Positions 7,289 through 12,369 of a stretch of 12,369 nt of DNA are shown one piece after another; the stretch's first letter is position 1; each line of letters starts with the position of its first letter. Under the pieces are notes generated by a model. The model was not told the origin of the DNA, made no database searches, and saw only the letters and a program-made list of their open reading frames with translations. Source of the stretch: Candidatus Wukongarchaeum yapensis (GTDB taxonomy: Archaea > Asgardarchaeota > Wukongarchaeia > Wukongarchaeales > Wukongarchaeaceae); NCBI GenBank assembly GCA_016840425.1, contig JAEOSI010000044.1, positions 1 through 12,369 on the forward strand, in the 5' to 3' direction. Made by a program: the position numbers and the translations under genes.

Positions 7289-7359
7289 AAAAAATCCCTT
7301 CGTGTCCAGTCTTGACGGTTTATGAACACTCTATCTCGTCACGTCTTTTTTTTATTTTT
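7289..7359. terminator. Opposed U-tract terminators between convergent genes
   Basis: T8-A-T5 on + at 7346-7359, and A6 at 7289-7294 (U6 on -). Confidence 0.35.
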
Positions 7360-7362
7360 GGA

Positions 7363-7881
7363 TTATTGTTTTATTTGGTATCCGTTATTTTCACTTAAAA
7401 AGGGGACTAGTCCGCCTGCGTTTAATATTTGAGTCATCATTAGTGGGAGTGGTTTAAAGTGGTACTCTTCATTTTTTGTCAAATTTTTTATTGTTCCTTT
7501 TTCTAGGTTTATCTCGACCTCATCGCCCTCCTCGATTTTTTCAGAAGCTTCTTTACATTCGACTATTGATAGTCCTATGTTTATCGCGTTTCTGTAGAAT
7601 ATCCTGGCAAAACTTTCAGCTATTATCGCGCTTATACCTAACGCTTTGATCACTAGTGGTGCGTGTTCCCTACTTGAGCCGCACCCGAAATTGGCACCGG
7701 CTACTATAACATCGCCGTCTTTAACCTTTTTTGAGAAATCATGGTTTATGGCTTCAAAAGCATATTTTGCAATCTCTTTTATGTCTAAAGTGTCATATTT
7801 CCGCTTTCCAGCAATTATTATATCCGTGTTTATATCCCTACCAAACTTCCAAACCTTACCTTTAAAAACCGTTTTCAACAA
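7363..7881 (-). CDS. leuD: 3-isopropylmalate dehydratase/homoaconitase family, small subunit
   Basis: GKVWKFGRDINTDIII, GANFGCGSSREHAP and SFARIFYRNAINIGL. TTG start 7 nt after GGGGTG. The symbol denotes the family; substrate (LeuD/HacB/DmdB) is unresolved. Confidence 0.92.
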   Translation of the reverse strand: MLKTVFKGKVWKFGRDINTDIIIAGKRKYDTLDIKEIAKYAFEAINHDFSKKVKDGDVIVAGANFGCGSSREHAPLVIKALGISAIIAESFARIFYRNAINIGLSIVECKEASEKIEEGDEVEINLEKGTIKNLTKNEEYHFKPLPLMMTQILNAGGLVPFLSENNGYQIKQ

Positions 7882-7895
7882 ACACTAACACCCCT

Positions 7896-9155
7896 TCAAT
7901 GATAGAAATCTCGAGGATCAGTTATTCTCCCAGTTATAGCCGATGCAGCTGCAGTAGCTGGCGACGAGAGGTATATGTAAGCTTTTTCATTGCCCATCCT
8001 CCCCTTAAAGTTCCTGTTTTGCGTCGAAAGACAAACCTCGCCGTCTCCAAGAATGCCCAAATGCCGTCCGATGCAAGGACCACACCCAGGGGGATTTATG
8101 CTCGCTCCTGCCTCGATAAGGGTTGCAGCGATTCCCCGCTCTATAATTTTTAGGTAAACACGCCATGATGCCGGCTGTACAAGTAGCCTTGTATCGTTTG
8201 CCACTTTTTTACCTTTAAGTATCTTTGCTACTATCTCAAAATCTTCAAATCTTCCATTAGTACAGGTTCCAATAAAAACTTGGTCTACATCGAGTTCCCC
8301 AACTTCGCTTACCGCTTTAACGTTATCTACTGTATGCGGTAACGCGATCATCGGCTCCAATTCTGCCGCGTTTATCGCTATTTCTTTGGAGAAATAAGCA
8401 TCTTGATCGGGTTTTAAATTTTTAAAGAATCCTTTTCTTCTGTGTTCTGCCAAAAATTTAATAGTTTTTCCGTCTACAGGGCATAAACCAGTTTTCCCCC
8501 CAGCTTCAACTGCCATGTTTGAAAGTGTCAACCTTTCACTTATCCCCATACTATTAACAGTCTCGCCGAAGAATTCCATAGCCATATAAGTAGCTCCATC
8601 CGCCCCTATAACCCCAATAATTTTAAGTATAACGTCTTTTGCAGAAACAGGAGATTTCAGTTCTCCTTCCACCAAAATTTTAAAGGATTCTGGAACTTTC
8701 AACCATGTTTTTCCAAAGGCCATAGCGCCAGCAATATCTGTGGAGCCCATACCGGTAGCAAAAGCACCTAAAGCCCCATGAGTACAAGTGTGACTGTCCG
8801 CTCCTAAAACAACAGTCCAAGGCTTTACAAACTCTTCAATGAGCAACTGATGACCTATCCCCCTACCTACTCCTCGAAAATTACACCCATTTTCCCTGCA
8901 GTAATTTCTAAGAAAAGCGTGTATGTTACTAATCTTCTCGCTGGGACTTGGAGTAGTATGATCTGTTACAATAACCACTTTATTCGGATCAAAGAAGGTG
9001 TCTACTCCCATCTTTTTCATCTCTTCGAATGCCAAAGGAGCCGTGCCATCATGGGCAAAAACCGTTTCCACATCTACAATAATGATATCCCCAGCTTCAA
9101 CATCCTTTTTCGCTACATGAGACAGAATCTTCTCAGCCATAGTTTTTCCTGCCAT
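7896..9155 (-). CDS. leuC: 3-isopropylmalate dehydratase/homoaconitase family, large [4Fe-4S] subunit
   Basis: KTMAEKIL, AHDGT, GADSHTCTHGALGAFATGMGSTD, cluster ligands GTCTNGR and GCGPCIG, STQNRNFKGRMG. ATG 9155 is 7 nt after GGTG (the ORF track uses TTG 9158). Substrate unresolved. Confidence 0.95.
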   Translation of the reverse strand: MAGKTMAEKILSHVAKKDVEAGDIIIVDVETVFAHDGTAPLAFEEMKKMGVDTFFDPNKVVIVTDHTTPSPSEKISNIHAFLRNYCRENGCNFRGVGRGIGHQLLIEEFVKPWTVVLGADSHTCTHGALGAFATGMGSTDIAGAMAFGKTWLKVPESFKILVEGELKSPVSAKDVILKIIGVIGADGATYMAMEFFGETVNSMGISERLTLSNMAVEAGGKTGLCPVDGKTIKFLAEHRRKGFFKNLKPDQDAYFSKEIAINAAELEPMIALPHTVDNVKAVSEVGELDVDQVFIGTCTNGRFEDFEIVAKILKGKKVANDTRLLVQPASWRVYLKIIERGIAATLIEAGASINPPGCGPCIGRHLGILGDGEVCLSTQNRNFKGRMGNEKAYIYLSSPATAAASAITGRITDPRDFYH

Positions 9156-9344
9156 CAAGAAACACCACTCTTAAACCACAAAAAACCACTAAAAAAAGCA
9201 TATTAAACAAAAATGAAATATTTTTTGCGCTAATAACGATTTAAAAGATGCAAGAGATAAAACACATGTGCTTATTTTAATCTTACTCTTTGGAATAATC
9301 AAAAGCCCAAACTCTGAGCTTAAATCATCAAAAAATAGCTTAAT

Positions 9345-9722
9345 TTAGTTTCGAAACAGATTTAGCGATGGCCCTCCCATTCCCATGTAAAAAGCGTCTG
9401 CCCGATTTAATTTTAACCCTATCCGTTCAATAATCCCAATAGATCCTTCCCTTATTTTGTTTTCGTGCATCACGCGAAAAGGCAATCCTATAGTGGTTTC
9501 ATCCAAAATATTTTCATCAACTTCCCCCTCATGGACACACCAAAAGGTTTTTGTCTTCGTCCTCAAAGAGAACGGTCGATCTATAAAATTATCCAAAATA
9601 GATTTCTCTGCAGTAAAAACCACTAGGAATTTCTGCTCTATTATCCTTGAAGACGTTACCTTCGTAGTGAAGCATACGAATGTTTCGTCTTTCTTTACCT
9701 TATATAGTTGAACTCCCATCAT
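9345..9722 (-). CDS. Hypothetical protein (125 aa, beta-rich pattern), probably leaderless
   Basis: Fills the gap with no overlap. TTTAAATA lies 25-32 nt upstream of the ATG and there is no SD. No recognisable family. Confidence 0.6.
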   Translation of the reverse strand: MMGVQLYKVKKDETFVCFTTKVTSSRIIEQKFLVVFTAEKSILDNFIDRPFSLRTKTKTFWCVHEGEVDENILDETTIGLPFRVMHENKIREGSIGIIERIGLKLNRADAFYMGMGGPSLNLFRN

Positions 9723-9746
9723 ACAAATTATAATATACTTTACAAA

Positions 9747-9754
9747 TATTTAAA
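9747..9754 (-). promoter_or_regulatory. TATA box for leaderless ORF 9722-9345
   Basis: - strand TTTAAATA at -32..-25 from the ATG. Confidence 0.4.
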
Positions 9755-9807
9755 AATTCATTTATGTGATTCTGTCAATTTATTGTTGGTTTAACGTTTC
9801 CTGTTTA

Positions 9808-9935
9808 TAAGATATTGTCCATACGGAGTGAACTACTCCCAGCTTTTGCAGGGAGCTTCCTGTTTCAACGACAGGCTCATCATCATTCATCCATCTCCAC
9901 AGGCGTAAATTCGGACAGTCCCTGTCCTACTCTTC
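9808..9935 (-). ncRNA. Putative TnpB omega/reRNA: ~107-nt scaffold plus a guide taken from flanking DNA
   Basis: Scaffold hairpins GGACAG-GGA-CUGUCC, CCUGU-(7)-ACAGG and the right-end hairpin. TnpB guides are known to be the ~16-20 nt beyond the right end: here UCCGUAUGGACAAUAUCUUA (9827-9808). Expression is inferred. Confidence 0.6.
9883..9930 (-). pseudogene. tnpB: C-terminal remnant of tnpB (VGQGLSEFTPVEMDE*)
   Basis: The translation matches the characteristic TnpB tail that overlaps the omegaRNA. An in-frame TAA lies 5 codons upstream and there is no start codon. Confidence 0.7.
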
Positions 9936-9954
9936 TATATTGTTATTCTTATGA

Positions 9955-9970
9955 CTATAAATAGTTTATT
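9955..9970 (-). promoter_or_regulatory. BRE/TATA inside the mini-element, positioned to transcribe the omegaRNA
   Basis: - strand AATAAACT-ATTTATAG predicts a start at ~9932-9936, a few nt before the first scaffold hairpin. Confidence 0.45.
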
Positions 9971-10232
9971 ATTATCGTTCGGCTTTCATCCCCCAGCTTT
10001 CCGGTCTACCCGCGTGTTAACTGTTTTTTTATTTTTTTAGACGGTTGTTTTTGGAAAAAATTGAAATGAGTGGAGACGTTCCTCATAAAAGCCTACGCCA
10101 AGCACAGAAACCTCATTAGAATAGAAACGAACCAAGCCCTCCTCCTCCGCTTGCTAACACGGACAATAGACCACAAAGACAAACCACCACGCTGAGAAAT
10201 CCTCGAAAAAACTTACTTCATAAAGAGGCGAT

Positions 10233-11450
10233 CTATTTAATCAAGCAATCATCTAACATGCGCGTAGACTGTTTCGCAAGGGGACTTCTCGCCGAAGAAG
10301 TTAAATCACGCAATTGGTTCTGAATACTTTCTAACTTCGGGTCCGCCTCTTCGCCTAGTTTTTTTCGTATCCCGTAAAGTTCCTGAAAAATTGGGATAAC
10401 TTCCTTTTCAGAGTTTAAGTCAAGCAATATGGTCGTTTCGATAAGATAAACAAGATCCACAAAAGCCTTGGAAGATTCTTGCGGTAATGGTTCTGATAAA
10501 ATTCGTCTTATGGAGGATTTCTGCTCTCTCTCTAACCATTCCTCTTCCTGTTTGAAGAATATTTCCAGTTCTTCAAGATCTTCTGAAGAAATAAACCATC
10601 CGCTTCCTCCAACATTTTCTTCGAGATGGGCAACGGTTGATGGTCCTGTAAGCGTGCAAATTATTTCTGCTTGGGATAAAACCCAAGCAATAGCCGTCTA
10701 TACCGGCGTCTTTCCATAACTTCTCCCCACTTTTGCCAGCTTTTCCCCTACCCTAAGGCTGGACTGAAAACTCTCGCGCTGAAACAAGGGATCTAAATTT
10801 CGGATATCTCCAGGTTCAAACTTTTTTCCTTTCTGAAACCTTCCTGTAAGTAATCCCCGTCCCGTAGCACTAAAACCTATTGAAGCCATACCGTATTTCT
10901 CACACGATGGCAGAAGTTTTTCCCGTGAGCTACGAGCAACCGCGCTAAGTTCCATCAGAACCGAAAAAACATCACCAATTTTACAATAAATCTCTATTCT
11001 CTCCTTGGAAAGATGTCCCGCCCCATAACGCCGTATCTTTCCTTCGCTCACAAGCTCTTCAAGCGCACCAATAGTCTCTTCTACAGGCGTGTTCGGATCA
11101 TCAAAATGCAATTGATACAGATCAATATAGTCCGTCTGTAACCTCTCAAGACTTTTCTCACATGCAGATTTTACATACTTGGTTGAAAGATTAGGCTTAA
11201 CATCTCCTGTCATTCCCATCTTTGTAGCGATATAAAAATCATGACGATAAGGCTTAACAACTTCACCGAGAATCTGCTCAGCATCCCCGTAAACATCAGC
11301 AGTATCAAAAAAGTTAACACCCAACTCATAAGCACGGTTAAGCATCCGCATAAACTCTTTTACATCCTTCCCCCCGTATACACCACTTAAAGCATAACAA
11401 CCCACACCAACTTCAGATACATTAAAGTCATTATGCTTTCGATATTTCAT
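10233..11450 (-). pseudogene. Aldo/keto reductase with a ~90-aa C-terminal helical extension, interrupted by one in-frame TAG (nonsense allele or readthrough gene)
   Basis: Catalytic tetrad motifs FFDTADVY, IATK and YQLH. The track ORFs 10698-11480 and 10233-10460 are the same frame: GKTPV-TAG-TAIAWVLSQAEIICTLTGPSTVAHLEENVGGSGW...AFVDLVYLIETT...LIK*. ATG 11450 has GAGGAG 7 nt upstream; GTG 11480 overlapping the upstream stop is the alternative start. Confidence 0.88.
10668..10689 (-). other. Perfect 8-bp RNA hairpin 8 nt downstream of the internal amber codon
   Basis: UAG-ACGGCUAU-UGCUUGGG-UUUUAU-CCCAAGCA. Confidence 0.7.
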
Positions 11451-11479
11451 CCCCAGTCTCCTCTTTGATAACCAACTCA

Positions 11480-12082
11480 CTATTTTTCAACATATTTCTT
11501 AACCACTTCAAGAACTTGCTCTATATTTTTCCAAGAATAAACATCGTTTTTATATTCAGGATGTTTTCTTAACATTTTAATTAAAGAGGAGGCTGCTGCT
11601 CTCCAAACAAACTTTTTTTTATCTTTAGCGAGAATTTTTAGCAATTTCAAAGATTCTTCGGGAAAAGATAAACCAAACCTAACACCCAAACACATAGCCA
11701 CGTTCCATCGAACATTAACATCATCGATTTTCATCCATTTTTTTAGTTGCTTAAACGTTAAATCAGGATCTTTACTACAAACAGCACTTAAAGCAAAAGG
11801 ACCACAATTTTTTCGAACATAATTATCACTATCATATAAGAGAGGTTCAAGGAGATCTAATACTTCTTTTACATATTTTTTGTTTATTCTTAGCAATCCT
11901 ACTTCAACAGCTCTTCTTATATTCGGTTCTGGATCTCTCACCCATTCTTTCCAAACTGGATAATATTCTTCAAAATGTTTACCGTTAATTTTTTTTATTT
12001 CACTGGCAGCATCTTCTCTTACTTTCCAGTCCTCGTCGTTTGCAAGTTTCCTGATCTTTTCAAGCAGCTTTTTATCTACCAT
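11480..12082 (-). CDS. HEAT-repeat protein (possibly DNA alkylation repair AlkD-like family)
   Basis: Repeated D-x-x-x-x-VR units (DEDWKVR, DPEPNIRR, DSDNYVR, DDVNVRW, DKKKFVWR). ATG 12082 is probably leaderless (the track start is TTG 12091). Ends in tandem stops TAG TGA. Confidence 0.8.
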   Translation of the reverse strand: MVDKKLLEKIRKLANDEDWKVREDAASEIKKINGKHFEEYYPVWKEWVRDPEPNIRRAVEVGLLRINKKYVKEVLDLLEPLLYDSDNYVRKNCGPFALSAVCSKDPDLTFKQLKKWMKIDDVNVRWNVAMCLGVRFGLSFPEESLKLLKILAKDKKKFVWRAAASSLIKMLRKHPEYKNDVYSWKNIEQVLEVVKKYVEK

Positions 12083-12106
12083 AATAACCAAATGAAGTTG
12101 GAAATC

Positions 12107-12114
12107 TTTTATAT
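12107..12114 (-). promoter_or_regulatory. TATA box for a leaderless HEAT-AKR transcript
   Basis: - strand AGATAA-ATATAAAA at -32..-25 from ATG 12082. Confidence 0.4.
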
Positions 12115-12137
12115 TTATCTAAGAAAAAGTAGCTGGA

Positions 12138-12368
12138 TCATTTCTCAGAATAAAGGCACATTTTGTTTCCTTGTGGATCTTCAAACATTGTGTAGTATCC
12201 GTATTTTGCATCTTTGCCAATGGGTGTCTTATCTTGTAGTTTCTTGCCGCCAAACTCTTCGATTAGTTTAAGTTTTTCTTCGATGTTGGGCATATAGATC
12301 GAAGGAACTACGATTTCTGCTTCCGAGTTCAATTCAGCGCTTGATCCTTTGTTTGATGGTGGCAGAAC
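12138..12368 (-). CDS. C-terminal part of a VOC (glyoxalase/bleomycin-resistance) family protein; starts beyond the window
   Basis: The frame is open to the window edge: VLPPSNKGSSAELNSEAEIVVPSIYMPNIEEKLKLIEEFGGKKLQDKTPIGKDAKYGYYTMFEDPQGNKMCLYSEK. GGK...FEDPQGN..LY is the VOC C-terminal motif. Confidence 0.85.
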   Translation of the reverse strand, partial: VLPPSNKGSSAELNSEAEIVVPSIYMPNIEEKLKLIEEFGGKKLQDKTPIGKDAKYGYYTMFEDPQGNKMCLYSEK

Positions 12369-12369
12369 A

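Larger units (their letters stand above)
9828..10000 (-). mobile_element. Non-autonomous IS200/IS605 (tnpB/IS1341-type) internal-deletion derivative; right end intact, left-end hairpin truncated
   Basis: - strand ends ...TTGAAACAGGAAGCTCCC-TGCAAAAGCT-GGGAG-TAGTTCAC, the typical right-end hairpin and terminus. The left side AAAGCTGGGGGATGAAAGCCG is the inner arm of the matching left-end hairpin (CCCAGCTTT is repeated at 9838-9846 and 9992-10000). A tnpB C-terminal remnant lies inside. Recognised from family resemblance, not a database hit. Confidence 0.85.

Noticed and set aside
9160-9200. Short ACCAC/AAACCAC repeats upstream of leuC
   Set aside because: Low-complexity product of the local A/C skew; irregular spacing.
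10094-10192. Short - strand frames (a 24-aa hydrophobic peptide and a 29-aa Arg-rich peptide)
   Set aside because: Too short, weak start context and no family resemblance.
10233-10460. 75-aa ORF as an independent gene
   Set aside because: It is the in-frame C-terminal part of the reductase, downstream of the internal TAG.
12198-12204. TCCGTAT matching the first 7 nt of the predicted omegaRNA guide
   Set aside because: A 7-nt match is expected by chance in 12 kb on two strands, and the match does not extend.
7646-12271. + strand ORFs 7646-7888, 7899-8153, 8850-9206, 9457-9711, 10468-10719 and 11975-12271
   Set aside because: Antisense to genes with clear family motifs or better start signals.
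1-12369. CRISPR array, rRNA, tRNA, integrase or full-length transposase
   Set aside because: None seen: no regularly spaced direct repeats and no such motifs on either strand.

Overview
Archaeal chromosomal window, judged from the RNase P protein genes, BRE/TATA promoters, leaderless and SD-led genes, and TTG/GTG starts. A TACK/Asgard-type host is an inference. Left to right: the 5' end of a membrane-protein gene (-); DUF54, rnp3 (Rpp30) and rnp2 (Pop5), a fragment of the exosome/proteasome superoperon (+); a structured 77-nt kink-turn RNA candidate; an MglA/COG2229-like GTPase fused to a winged helix, with Leu at the catalytic Gln; a type-2 IleRS behind a structured ~100-nt leader; a Cys-rich orphan ORF; a LeuC/LeuD-family hydratase pair; a 125-aa orphan; a ~170-bp IS200/IS605 (tnpB-type) deletion derivative that keeps the omega/reRNA scaffold behind a TATA box; and a VOC, HEAT-repeat, aldo/keto reductase block. 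The reductase is one 406-codon frame broken by a single in-frame TAG at a conserved Gln, followed 8 nt later by a perfect 8-bp hairpin. Best leads: this possible amber-readthrough cassette, the stand-alone omegaRNA mini-element, the k-turn RNA, the Q-to-L GTPase-wHTH fusion, the ileS leader, and a 5' G/T-rich to 3' A/C-rich polarity within transcription units. Everything was read by eye; no searches or folding programs were run.
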